From a virus (Duplodnaviria > Caudoviricetes), in the IMG/VR virus record IMGVR_UViG_3300037067_027684, positions 96,001-160,000 of that record: 64,000 nucleotides of DNA; one strand, 5' to 3'. The notes under the pieces were generated by a model. It was not told where the DNA came from. It made no database searches and saw only the letters and a program-made list of their open reading frames with translations. This document shows, piece by piece, positions 36,861-46,219 of this stretch. Made by a program: the position numbers and the translations under genes. The first letter of the stretch is position 1. Every line of letters starts with the position of its first letter.

Positions 36861-37297
36861 GTAAGACAATCAAGGAATGGCGTGCACACCTGAAGAAGGC
36901 TGAAGGAATGCGTGATAAGCCTCTTGATGCGATTACTCATGAAAGTTGGCAGAATACAGCCGAGACGGCTAAGAAAGCCATTGAAGATTATAAGAAGTAC
37001 AAGCTGCTGCTCAAGCCTAAGATGATTCGCTTTCTTAAGCGTTGGGTTAAGAGTGATCGTGGTATTGATTGCTTCTGCCTTCATGGTGATCAGCAGAATG
37101 TCTTCGTGACATATAATGGTCGTTGGACTTGTAACGGCAAGGGTGAAATAATCGACCACGATTATAACGGTAGTGATTTCCCATGTTGTGATAAACATGA
37201 TGATTCGGTTGTGGTGGCTTCGGATGTGATCACTGATCTTAAGGAGATTACTGAGTTTGCTGAAGTTGTTAAGATTCTGAATAATGGAGAATTCTAA
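36857..37297 (+). CDS. Hypothetical protein
   Basis: AAGGAGG RBS. Confidence 0.65.
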   Translation: MSKTIKEWRAHLKKAEGMRDKPLDAITHESWQNTAETAKKAIEDYKKYKLLLKPKMIRFLKRWVKSDRGIDCFCLHGDQQNVFVTYNGRWTCNGKGEIIDHDYNGSDFPCCDKHDDSVVVASDVITDLKEITEFAEVVKILNNGEF

Positions 37298-37596
37298 TGA
37301 AAACCAAGGAAGAGGCGAGGAAGCTGCTGTTTTACTGCCTTCCTCCCCACCGTCAGATTTCGTATTTGGTTCAGCAGACTAAAGCTGGTGCTTATGTGCG
37401 GTTGTTCTTCGCCAGTGATTCTCATATGATTGAGGAGTGCTCTAAGTTGGCTGCTATTGCTATTGAGGCGACTTATGTGGAAGATAAGGGAATTTACCGC
37501 AAGGGCACTGGTTACGGTTATGGCTCTGATACGGTTCAGGAATTGAGTTATGCTATCTATAAGGATAGCACGATCATTCCTTCCAGCAAGCTCTAG
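37297..37596 (+). CDS. Hypothetical phage protein
   Basis: TAATG coupling; KGTGYGYG. Confidence 0.6.
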   Translation: MKTKEEARKLLFYCLPPHRQISYLVQQTKAGAYVRLFFASDSHMIEECSKLAAIAIEATYVEDKGIYRKGTGYGYGSDTVQELSYAIYKDSTIIPSSKL

Positions 37597-37674
37597 AATA
37601 TTAGTTCGCGTCAGAAATGTCTGCTCCATAGGGCGATACTTGCAGGCGGTGCGTTTGTAGATAGAAGACAGCAC

Positions 37675-37703
37675 TTGACAGAAACACCTCGATGATGTAA
37701 AAT
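37675..37703 (+). promoter_or_regulatory. Host sigma70-type promoter of the phage sigma factor gene
   Basis: TTGACA-N17-TAAAAT. Confidence 0.75.
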
Positions 37704-37770
37704 AAACGTACTGTAATGTCGTTCCTATGGCGTGAAGAGAGGGGAAACACGTAGGAAAAGGAGAAAACCC

Positions 37771-39654
37771 GTGGAAGAACAAGGTGCTTCCGTCGTCGAA
37801 GAGAAAGTAACGACAGACGCAGAAGTCGCTCTAAAGCAAAAAGCTATCGCTATCCTCACCGAAATCGGACGCAACCCCGAGGCTATCCAGACGTGGGCCA
37901 GCATGAAGCGAAGCCCGAAAGTCTGGAACAAAATCGTCAGCCGACTCCAAAACGCTCCCAAGCTCCAAGAAGACCCAAACCTGGAGAATGAAAAGCGAAA
38001 TGCTCTTCCTACGCGGGCGCATTTTGAAGAGTGGGAGAAGCTGCCTCATGAGATTAGCAGCCTGAACAAGATCCTTTATCCGACTCTCTGCGGCTGGACT
38101 GCAGAGGAGGTCTGTCAGATTCTGACGCCTTATGTTGGCAAGGTGGTGCAGAAGTTCCAGACCAGCCGGATTCCTTATGAAGATTGCTGCCAGCAGGGCA
38201 TCATGGGCATTCTCCAGGCGCTTCGGACTGATGCTGGTATTGCTCCTTTTGCTAAGCACGTCTTCCTTCATATTAAGACGAAGGTGCGCCGTGCTTCGGT
38301 TGGGTCTGGTGCGATTCGGAAGCCTGAGAAGATGCCTTCTCGCACTGAGGTTCGGCGAGAAATTAGCATTTGGGTTGGTGGCTGGTGGATGGAATATGAG
38401 ATGCAGAAGATTGCTGGGGAGTTGAAGCTGCCTCAGGCTAAGCTTCCCATTAATGAGTTCCGCCAGTGGCTTGCCACAGCCAAGGAACAGCACACTGTTC
38501 TGTTGGCTAGGGCTGAGAATCGGCTGAAGTTGCTGAATGCTCCTATCAATCAGGAATGTCTGACTAATCCTGATGATTATGTTATTGCGCCAGTCCAGGT
38601 GATTGGGGTGTCGGATGCGAAGGAAGTTCTTCTTCGTGAGGATTTTGTGTTGGCGAGGCTTTGCTCTTCTGATGTGCCTGATCCTGAACAGGTTCCTGAT
38701 CCTGAGCAGGTTCCTGAGAACAAGCTTCACGATTTGTTTGCTTATCTAAATCGTAAGTTCCAATACCCGTTGAAGCGTGTACTTTTGGCTCGTCAGAAGT
38801 ACAACAAGTCCAAGGGTTGTTTCTCTAGGCTCAAGAAGGTGGATGAGGTTGAGACCGAGACTGTCCTTGGTGATGATATGTCGAAGTACAAGACTGTTGC
38901 TGATTTGGTTGGTGCGATTGCTACTCCGCCTGAGTTCCACGATAGTCTGGTTCCTTTGGATGCTCCGATGGATGAGGAGGGCTATACTCATGAGCAGACG
39001 ACTGCTGATGAGAAGGTTGTTGAGCCTTCTTCGGAGTTGGAGCGTCAGGAGAATTTGGATAAGTATCGGATTATTCTTCAGGAGGTTCGTTCTCGATTGC
39101 AGTTGTCGTTGGAGCAGGAGACTGTTTTGGTTTACACGTTTGGTTTGGATGGTGAGAAGCCGGTGAATGGTTCGGAGTTGGCTCGGAATTTGGGTCAATA
39201 TTTGACTTTGATGGCTCAGAAGAAGGGTCGGGTGGCTCAGGACCCGTCGAAGCATGTTAGTCGTCAGCGGATTACTCAATATATTGATACGGTTAAGCGT
39301 CGGATTCGGGATGTGATGTGGGTATATTTCTTCATTGATGGTCGTAAGTCGGTGCGGAACATCATGCGTGATGTGGAGTTGACTTCTGTTGAGCTTAAGA
39401 TTTTGCGTGCTGTGTTTCAGACTGATCGGCCTGTGGCTGAGTTGGAGCGTGAGGTTGAAATCACTATGAAGGAGCGTGATTTGTCTCGCTCGGATGCTCA
39501 GGGTGTGCTGGTTGACGAGAGTTTGGAGTGCGTGGCTGAGCAGTATCGGGATGTGACTGGTCTGGATTTGGATTTGAACCTTCAGGGTCGTAAGACTTTG
39601 GTGCGGGATCAATTCGACACAATCAAGTTGAAGTTGGTTGCGGCTTGTTTGTGA
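37771..39654 (+). CDS. Phage-encoded sigma70-family RNA polymerase sigma factor (large, with insertions)
   Basis: Region 2 YEDCCQQGIMGILQAL...FAKHVFLHIKTKVRRA; region 3.2 VPLDAPMDEEG; region 4 LSLEQETVLVYTFGLDG...VSRQRITQY; GTG start with AAGGAG RBS. Confidence 0.8.
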   Translation: MEEQGASVVEEKVTTDAEVALKQKAIAILTEIGRNPEAIQTWASMKRSPKVWNKIVSRLQNAPKLQEDPNLENEKRNALPTRAHFEEWEKLPHEISSLNKILYPTLCGWTAEEVCQILTPYVGKVVQKFQTSRIPYEDCCQQGIMGILQALRTDAGIAPFAKHVFLHIKTKVRRASVGSGAIRKPEKMPSRTEVRREISIWVGGWWMEYEMQKIAGELKLPQAKLPINEFRQWLATAKEQHTVLLARAENRLKLLNAPINQECLTNPDDYVIAPVQVIGVSDAKEVLLREDFVLARLCSSDVPDPEQVPDPEQVPENKLHDLFAYLNRKFQYPLKRVLLARQKYNKSKGCFSRLKKVDEVETETVLGDDMSKYKTVADLVGAIATPPEFHDSLVPLDAPMDEEGYTHEQTTADEKVVEPSSELERQENLDKYRIILQEVRSRLQLSLEQETVLVYTFGLDGEKPVNGSELARNLGQYLTLMAQKKGRVAQDPSKHVSRQRITQYIDTVKRRIRDVMWVYFFIDGRKSVRNIMRDVELTSVELKILRAVFQTDRPVAELEREVEITMKERDLSRSDAQGVLVDESLECVAEQYRDVTGLDLDLNLQGRKTLVRDQFDTIKLKLVAACL

Positions 39655-39822
39655 GGCAAAGATCAGTCATGCGAGCGTTTTTACGTGGTGTGGCTAGTAT
39701 TTTGGTGTTGAATCCTCAACCGTTTCGTTTGAAGCATAAAACTACTTGTGAGGCTTTGTGTGATGATTGGAAGAACGTTGGTCGCTCGTTCCACGCAGTA
39801 TTGGGGCGGAGGATCGACCAAA

Positions 39823-40014
39823 ATGAAAAAGGAATCAAGAATCAAGGCGGAGGAGGCTGTTGAGAGGGTTCTGGCCAAGCATTCACCGGATGTTGTCAGA
39901 CGTATTATAAGTGAGGCGACTGGTGTTGAAGTTAAGGATGTTAGTGCTTTTACTGATGAGCAGTTGGAGCATGTTCTTGGTTTGGCTAGGATGTATTTGC
40001 GGTTGCGTAGTTAA
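39823..40014 (+). CDS. Hypothetical protein
   Basis: GGAGG RBS before MKKESRIK. Confidence 0.5.
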   Translation: MKKESRIKAEEAVERVLAKHSPDVVRRIISEATGVEVKDVSAFTDEQLEHVLGLARMYLRLRS

Positions 40015-40031
40015 TTGAAAGGCGGTGGTTA

Positions 40032-40220
40032 GTGAAAGGGCGGTGGGCGTTCAGAGTGAGGAAAGGTGAAGGACCTGTCAGCGGTACGGAGACGTTTGTT
40101 TTGATGGTTGGGTGGGTAATATTGTTTGTCGGTGTCCCTTTCTTTTTGGTTTACTTGATGTTTGTGACTTTTACTGCGGTTTTTATGGGAGTTTTCAGGG
40201 CAATTTTTGGTGGAGGTTAG
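40032..40220 (+). CDS. Small membrane protein
   Basis: Long hydrophobic segment. Confidence 0.5.
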   Translation: MKGRWAFRVRKGEGPVSGTETFVLMVGWVILFVGVPFFLVYLMFVTFTAVFMGVFRAIFGGG

Positions 40221-40276
40221 ACCCCTAGGGGTCGGAAGGGCATCCCCTTTGTTGCGGTTTTACCGCCCGACCCCTA
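40220..40276. other. Compact three-way-junction structure with overlapping palindrome
   Basis: TAGGGGTCGG/CCGACCCCTA closes AAGGG/CCCTT and GCGGT/ACCGC; GACCCCTAGGGGTC palindrome at 40220-40233. Confidence 0.55.
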
Positions 40277-40296
40277 ATTAAGTTCTGGTTGGTGAA

Positions 40297-40530
40297 ATGA
40301 CTAAACTTGACCAAATGGTTAAACTAGCTAAGAAACTTGGTTTCACCAATAGTGATCTAGACTGGCTCGTGAATAGAGAAAAGAATCTAGAAGCCGATAA
40401 AATTAATAATCGTGGTTATAGATCACAACTCAGATATCTGCTTGCTGGACATCACCCAGAATTAACGTTGAAGAAGCTCAAGCGTGAGTTGACCATCATT
40501 GATAACAGGATTAGGAATAGTGAAGAATAA
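40297..40530 (+). CDS. Hypothetical protein
   Basis: ORF in tiling. Confidence 0.6.
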   Translation: MTKLDQMVKLAKKLGFTNSDLDWLVNREKNLEADKINNRGYRSQLRYLLAGHHPELTLKKLKRELTIIDNRIRNSEE

Positions 40531-40540
40531 GGAGACTGCT

Positions 40541-40711
40541 ATGTATGAAGTTCAAGTCCGGAAATCGGAAGTTGAAGAGTGGAAGTTGGTAGTCAATGCG
40601 AATATGCCTGGTTTGGCTCGTTCTCAAGTTGATGGTGTAAAGAAATATTATCCAGGTTGTGAGGTTAGGGTTTGGGATTCAAGGAAGAATAAGGATATTA
40701 CGAACGGTTAA
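40541..40711 (+). CDS. Hypothetical protein
   Basis: AAGGAG RBS. Confidence 0.55.
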   Translation: MYEVQVRKSEVEEWKLVVNANMPGLARSQVDGVKKYYPGCEVRVWDSRKNKDITNG

Positions 40712-40974
40712 TTCAACGGTTCTTGATCTGTCATTGATTCTAATTCTTCGATTTCTTGAGCAGATGGACCTTGATCTGGTATTTTCTGCGCGATTTGTTC
40801 TGGTGTTTGTACTTCATCTTCTGGAGTTTGAATAGACATAGCACAAGTGCCATTCCATTCATCAATCCCCATAACTTGATACTCGGCGTCACCTTGGTCT
40901 GGTGGTGGAACTACTATGAAATCCATTTGCGGATTGAATTTGGCCAGTAGGGCTTGAAGTTCTCCGACTTTCAT
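40708..40974 (-). CDS. Hypothetical protein
   Basis: AAGGAG RBS; MKVGELQALL phage-type start. Confidence 0.65.
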   Translation of the reverse strand: MKVGELQALLAKFNPQMDFIVVPPPDQGDAEYQVMGIDEWNGTCAMSIQTPEDEVQTPEQIAQKIPDQGPSAQEIEELESMTDQEPLN

Positions 40975-40990
40975 CTTACTCTCCTTGTGA

Positions 40991-41311
40991 CTAAGAACTA
41001 CGCCCGTAATTCTTAAAGAAATTTAAATGTCTCTGCCCTAGTTCGTAGCCTTGATCTGGTACCTTCGGTGATGCTTTTTTCTTCTTGACGCCAGATAGCG
41101 TCTTGATTCCATGTTTCTTCTCGACAACAACTCTGGTTACGGCTGGAGCTATTCTGGCTTGAGGAGATACACCAGCCGTTCTGATGGCTGGTAATTTGTG
41201 CTCAATGACTGGTTTCACTGGAGGGTTAATCGGGATTAATCCTGGATAGATCGGCCTTTGGTTGACGGTCATTAGTTTTAGTGATACCATCTTGGGCATG
41301 GTCTTGAACAT
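40991..41311 (-). CDS. Basic hypothetical protein
   Basis: GGAG RBS; Lys/Pro-rich. Confidence 0.6.
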   Translation of the reverse strand: MFKTMPKMVSLKLMTVNQRPIYPGLIPINPPVKPVIEHKLPAIRTAGVSPQARIAPAVTRVVVEKKHGIKTLSGVKKKKASPKVPDQGYELGQRHLNFFKNYGRSS

Positions 41312-41358
41312 GTGTTATCTCCGATTACCCAAAGTAATTTTGATGATAGGAGGACCAA

Positions 41359-43089
41359 ATGGAGCAACTTGGAGAGAGAAAGCTGGCTTTCGAGGAGCGG
41401 GAACCTGTTCTCGCCGTGGGCGAGAAGAGGGTTAACAAGAATTGGTTTGGCTTGTCGAATGCTGGTTGGGTAGCAATGAATAAGGCCCGCAGTATGGGGC
41501 ATTTGGTTCGTGAGGCTGTTGCTAATGCTTTTGATGCTAAACCTGCTACTGTCAAATTGTTTTTGGAACCTGGATATATCTGTGTTGAGGATGATTCGGT
41601 TGGATTTTCATCTCCTGAACTTATTTATACGGTTTTTCTGACCGATAAGGAGGATTCCCATCTTCAACGTGGCCGTAAGGGTCGAGGTTTGAAGGAGTTG
41701 TTGGCTGCTGGTAATCAGGCTAACGTGGAAACTGTTGGTTGTACTGTGACCTTTAGCAAAGAAGGCCGTATTGAGGTTGGGAATACTAGGAAGAATGGTA
41801 CCAAGATCGAAGTTTGGGGCGACTGGAAGAATTATGATGTCGAAATAGCTGTTGAGTATCTTCGTACTTTCATTCCTCCGTGCACGCTCATAATCAACGA
41901 CAAGGAGGTTAATCTTCCGGAGTTGGTTGAGACGTTTAAAGCGGAACTTCCTACTGTGGTTTTCTCTAACGGCGCTCAGACTACCAGAACTATTGAGACT
42001 GAAGTTAAACTATATAAGTCTGAATCTATTGATTTTTCCCATCTTTACGAGATGGGTATTCCTATTCAAGTACTCGGAGACAGGTTTAATGTAGATATTC
42101 AACAGCGGGTCCCCGTTAGTGATGATAGGAATACTGCTGATTCCTCGTTCGTGTCGAAGTTGGATGCGGTTATGTTGAAGAATTTTGTGGATCGATGGAC
42201 GCGTGTTGAGTTGATGTCATCTAGGTGGATTTCGAACGGTCTATATTGGGTTGATTCCGATGTTAAGAAGAAATTTGCTGATAAGTTTGTTGATAAAAGA
42301 CCGACTGCTCTTAAATCAACCAATACCAAGGCTAATACTAGACTGAAAGAGCGTGGCTATGAATTGATTGAGACTAATAGCTTGCAATATTCTGTGAAAT
42401 CAGCTTTGGAAGGAAATATTCTAGACGCAGAAGTAATTGCTAAACGTTTGGATTCTGAAGCTCCTGATGGAGTGGTGGTACTTACCGAGCAACATCGTGC
42501 TTTTCAGTCTGTTATTTCTTGGTTGATTAAAGATGCTTTTGATCTTCAATGTGCTGGTGATCATTATATTAGACTTAATCAAGTCACTTTCTTCGCTAAG
42601 GGTGAGGGTATTGATGGGACTCATCAGAGTTGTAAGGTGATTAAAAATCCTGATGATACCAATATTTCTGTCGCAGAGAATAATGGGTCTCTTCCTATGA
42701 ATATTGCTTTTAATGTCTCTCATCCTTCTTTCAACATCGAGAAGCCTTTGAGTTCTGGGGTTATGACTTCTCTGGTTGAGGCTCTTCTCAATTATTGGTG
42801 GGACCCGAATCTGGATCATTGTCCAGATACTCCTTTCTCGGAAGTTGCGAAAATTGCTGGTGCTTTGGCTAGTGCAGTTAGTAGATTGCCTAGGGATATT
42901 CGTGAAGTTACTAAGGTTCATCCTGGTAAGACGACTTTTATTACTTGTGTTGATTGTGGTGTTAAGCGTGAGATTAAGGTTCAGGATGTTCACCAATGTT
43001 CGCGCTGTCTGGAGTGCCAGAGGAAAGCTGCTAGGTTAAGGGCCAAGATGAGGAGGATCAATCGTGAAGCTTTTGGATCAGTTACCTGA
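41359..43089 (+). CDS. GHKL (HATPase_c) ATPase with N-terminal LGERKLAF tag and C-terminal Zn ribbon
   Basis: REAVANAFDA, VEDDSVG, RGRKGRGLKE, GTKIEV; CVDC...CLEC. Confidence 0.8.
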   Translation: MEQLGERKLAFEEREPVLAVGEKRVNKNWFGLSNAGWVAMNKARSMGHLVREAVANAFDAKPATVKLFLEPGYICVEDDSVGFSSPELIYTVFLTDKEDSHLQRGRKGRGLKELLAAGNQANVETVGCTVTFSKEGRIEVGNTRKNGTKIEVWGDWKNYDVEIAVEYLRTFIPPCTLIINDKEVNLPELVETFKAELPTVVFSNGAQTTRTIETEVKLYKSESIDFSHLYEMGIPIQVLGDRFNVDIQQRVPVSDDRNTADSSFVSKLDAVMLKNFVDRWTRVELMSSRWISNGLYWVDSDVKKKFADKFVDKRPTALKSTNTKANTRLKERGYELIETNSLQYSVKSALEGNILDAEVIAKRLDSEAPDGVVVLTEQHRAFQSVISWLIKDAFDLQCAGDHYIRLNQVTFFAKGEGIDGTHQSCKVIKNPDDTNISVAENNGSLPMNIAFNVSHPSFNIEKPLSSGVMTSLVEALLNYWWDPNLDHCPDTPFSEVAKIAGALASAVSRLPRDIREVTKVHPGKTTFITCVDCGVKREIKVQDVHQCSRCLECQRKAARLRAKMRRINREAFGSVT

Positions 43090-43342
43090 TATTACGCCGT
43101 CTAAATATTCAGAGATGTTGAGAGCTAGGAATGAGGTTGTACAACGAAATGCTTCTCGTCGTAAGCGTGGACTGTCAGTGTTGCCGCTTCCTGATAAGCC
43201 TGAGAAGCCTTTGTGTTACGTTGCTTACTCGGATGACGGTACTTATGAGGGGCGGCTTAAGTCCCGTTCGTTGGCTGAGGCTCGTGAGGAAGCACCTGGG
43301 TTTAAGATCGTGGTTGAAGAATGGGTCAATGAAACTTACTAA
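43064..43342 (+). CDS. Hypothetical protein
   Basis: GAGGAGG RBS, GTG start. Confidence 0.55.
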   Translation: MKLLDQLPDITPSKYSEMLRARNEVVQRNASRRKRGLSVLPLPDKPEKPLCYVAYSDDGTYEGRLKSRSLAEAREEAPGFKIVVEEWVNETY

Positions 43343-43353
43343 GGAGAATCATC

Positions 43354-43590
43354 ATGATCACGTATGAAGATAAGACTAAGGTTGATGACATTGAAGCCGC
43401 TAAGGAAGTTATCAAGAAGAATCTGAAGTTTGAGGCTAAGTTTACTGAGAATCGTGTGATTCGATATCTCTTCCAGCAAGATGGGGTATTGTATTTCCGC
43501 GTTAATTTTCACAATACTTCTCGGTCTAATTATATTGATCGGTCGTATTGGCTCGGCGTTTCTGGTGATAAGATTGTCGGAGTGAATTAA
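43354..43590 (+). CDS. Hypothetical protein
   Basis: AAGGAG RBS. Confidence 0.6.
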   Translation: MITYEDKTKVDDIEAAKEVIKKNLKFEAKFTENRVIRYLFQQDGVLYFRVNFHNTSRSNYIDRSYWLGVSGDKIVGVN

Positions 43591-43668
43591 TGAAAGACAT
43601 AAGATTCTATGTTGACTTGATTTAATGGACTTTTTGATTCTTGGTATGTTGATGTCTTAGGAGACTTT

Positions 43669-44625
43669 ATGATAGGCAAAATTGACCTTGACTCAAGAAT
43701 TGACGAAATATCAAGATTAATAGAAGAAAAAAGAACAACTAGAGAGATATCGCTAGTACTAAATATTAGTAGATCAACTCTAATTAATTTCTTGAAGCTT
43801 CATCCAGAATTTAAAATTAAATTGCGAGTGAATTATGATTCCAGACGGTCAGAGGTTGCACGGAAAAATTGGTCTGATCCTAATCATAGAAGGAAGTGGG
43901 AGGAAGCACGCCGGGCACGCCGGTCTCCTGAAAGAATAGCTAGAAAGAATAAAGAAACAGCTAAAGAAAAGTGGGATAAAAGATTACCGGAAATTGAACG
44001 TCTAATTACAAACGGTCTTACTCTCCCTCAAATTGCTAAGGAATTAAATGTTGATTATGGTAACATAGTCGATAGAATCAAAAGATATCCGAATTATTCC
44101 TCTCTTAAGGAGGGGTTATATCGTAATTGGTTGGGGAAAGTAAAATCAAATGAATACAGGACCAAGAGAAGTACTCAAACTAAGTTGTTTTATCAAAAAC
44201 ATCCGGAGGTCCTCCAAAAAATGAAGGAAAAGACTCTCATGATGTTTAGGAATGAAGCCTTTAAGAATAATTTTTTAGATGCGATGTCAAGAATGTGGGC
44301 AAATCAAGATTATCGCAATAAAATGTCAAAAGTTAGTTCGGAGAAGTTCAATCAAAAGCCAGAGTTGAGAGAAAAAGCTCGAAAACATTTCAAGGATTTA
44401 TGGGCTGATCCAGCCTTTTATGGAAAAGTTTTTTCATTAGAAAATAGAACACAAGCATCTAAGAGAATGAAACTTTTATGGCAAGATTTCGAATATCGCA
44501 AAAAAGTAATGACAAACTGTAAACCAATTGCTGATTTTTGGAATTGGCTATCTGACTTTAGTGAAGAAAAACAAACGAAAATTTTAGTGGCAATCCATAA
44601 GAAAAAATGGAAAAGGAAATTCTGA
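43669..44625 (+). CDS. HTH plus NUMOD3-like repeat DNA-binding protein (homing-endonuclease-related)
   Basis: Two HTH-like segments; repeated W.DP.[YH]R.K motifs; AT-rich. Confidence 0.6.
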   Translation: MIGKIDLDSRIDEISRLIEEKRTTREISLVLNISRSTLINFLKLHPEFKIKLRVNYDSRRSEVARKNWSDPNHRRKWEEARRARRSPERIARKNKETAKEKWDKRLPEIERLITNGLTLPQIAKELNVDYGNIVDRIKRYPNYSSLKEGLYRNWLGKVKSNEYRTKRSTQTKLFYQKHPEVLQKMKEKTLMMFRNEAFKNNFLDAMSRMWANQDYRNKMSKVSSEKFNQKPELREKARKHFKDLWADPAFYGKVFSLENRTQASKRMKLLWQDFEYRKKVMTNCKPIADFWNWLSDFSEEKQTKILVAIHKKKWKRKF

Positions 44626-45455
44626 TGAATCGGCTATTTATGATTTTACTCGTGTTAATTTGTACCCAAGTGCGATCCGAGGAAGCAAAGACTCGCATCC
44701 AAAACCTGTTGGCCGTTCATCAGACAGTCACTGACAAATATCAAGTTCTGCGCCAAAAAGTTATCCAAGGCATCGAATTGCTGAACCAAGCTAGAGAAAC
44801 AGAAAATAGATGCAAAGCTCATATCGAATCGCTTAACAATCAACGTAGCAATATCGTTCGATCTGAATCGCAAGAAGCACAAGCGTACTCATATTACATG
44901 AATACTTCGTATTGGTATTATCGACCTTACTGGTATGACTACACATCTGTTTATCGTTCCTATTCTTATAGTTATAGGCTTGACAATCTAGATAATGATA
45001 TCAATAGGGTTAGGCGTCTTCAAGAGAAGCAATCTGCAATTATTAATGAATTTTATGGTTCGAAACTTGAGACCTATATTATTCCGCCTCCAGAAAAAGG
45101 AATTAGTCAGGGGAAGAGCGCAGGTGATTATGTTTATTTGTTGAATAATTTAAAGAGTGATCATTATGTTGGCTTGGGTGGTATTCTTCTTGATTTGCAT
45201 ACTTGTCTGGCTAGTCTAGCTCTGGATTATCCAGATTATGCAGCTGAGATTAGTTTGGCGTTGGAGAAGTCACGTCCTCTATTGACTGGTGAGAGGGTGA
45301 AATCCAATAAGGTTTTGGTTCTTAAGGACGGTAGAGAAATACCAATCTCTATGATTATCGAGTCGAATGGTATTCTGACTGTTAGGACGCAGGATGGGAA
45401 GTTGTTTGAGATATCTAGGGATAAGGTTCTTGAGGTTAAGCAACTTCAAAAATAA
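44625..45455 (+). CDS. Putative exported protein
   Basis: Signal-peptide-like start, coiled coil, Tyr/Trp-rich patch, C-terminal LVLKDGREI domain. Confidence 0.65.
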   Translation: MNRLFMILLVLICTQVRSEEAKTRIQNLLAVHQTVTDKYQVLRQKVIQGIELLNQARETENRCKAHIESLNNQRSNIVRSESQEAQAYSYYMNTSYWYYRPYWYDYTSVYRSYSYSYRLDNLDNDINRVRRLQEKQSAIINEFYGSKLETYIIPPPEKGISQGKSAGDYVYLLNNLKSDHYVGLGGILLDLHTCLASLALDYPDYAAEISLALEKSRPLLTGERVKSNKVLVLKDGREIPISMIIESNGILTVRTQDGKLFEISRDKVLEVKQLQK

Positions 45456-45471
45456 ACTCAGGAACATATTT

Positions 45472-46152
45472 ATGGGCATTCAACAAGGTACGAAAGTCTT
45501 TTGGAAGAGTGCTTACGATCCAAATTATTGGGGTGGCTATGTCAAGACTGGCGACACCGGTACGGTACTGAGGGTGCGTCAACTTGGCAATATGGTTAGT
45601 GTTCAGGTGGAATGGGATAGAATTATTAAATCTCAATTTGGGAATGATATTCATCAAGTTACCAATGCCGACACCAGAGACCTTGGGGTAGTTCAGGAGG
45701 AGAGCATGAGCTTCAGTAATCGGCTTGATAGGGCTATTAATGAGGCTCTGGCTGGTGAGGGTGATTTTGGATCTCTAGGCTCGGATGTTAGTACTTGGCG
45801 TATTCCTCTTTCTCAGTGTCATAAGGAAGATGATGGTTTATACACTTGGTGGTCTGATTGGGATGTTGAACAGAATGCCGGTGCTTTGGTTGCTTATGTT
45901 GATAAGAAGAATTTAGATGCTTTTACTGGCCAAGATCCTAGATGGGCAGATGCTGAATTTGATATGAGGTCTGCTTTCGATCCAGCTAAGTTGGCTGTGG
46001 CTAAGCCTGATGCGAATGGCCTTTACTATATTCCTGATCTTTACACTGAGGAAGCGAAGGCTGAGGTGCTTGAGAGATTTAGGAAGGCTCAGGAAGAGTC
46101 TGAGAGTTTAGCTCTTGCTAGGAATCGACAAGAGCAGGGTGGTTTGGAATAG
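45472..46152 (+). CDS. Hypothetical protein (candidate internal head protein)
   Basis: SH3-like N-terminal part; internal RBS+ATG at 45706 giving MSFSNRLDRAINEAL. Confidence 0.65.
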   Translation: MGIQQGTKVFWKSAYDPNYWGGYVKTGDTGTVLRVRQLGNMVSVQVEWDRIIKSQFGNDIHQVTNADTRDLGVVQEESMSFSNRLDRAINEALAGEGDFGSLGSDVSTWRIPLSQCHKEDDGLYTWWSDWDVEQNAGALVAYVDKKNLDAFTGQDPRWADAEFDMRSAFDPAKLAVAKPDANGLYYIPDLYTEEAKAEVLERFRKAQEESESLALARNRQEQGGLE

Positions 46153-46161
46153 TCTTAAACT

Positions 46162-46196
46162 AAGAGGGAGAGAGGTTAAAACCTTGTCTCCCTCTT
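46162..46196. terminator. Bidirectional terminator hairpin
   Basis: AAGAGGGAGA...TCTCCCTCTT between convergent genes. Confidence 0.65.
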
Positions 46197-46219
46197 TCCA
46201 TATTTCCACTTAGGAAATA

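Noticed and set aside
16435-39612. Long antisense ORFs (16435..17493, 24054..25163, 37831..38730, 38746..39612 and similar)
   Set aside because: Shadow frames of real plus-strand genes, caused by codon bias; Leu/Ile/Ser/Thr-rich, without RBS or motifs.
9240-43923. Short in-frame tandem duplications (KQNEQ x2, PDPEQV x2, ARR x2)
   Set aside because: Ordinary slippage events in linkers, with no sign of a diversity-generating mechanism.
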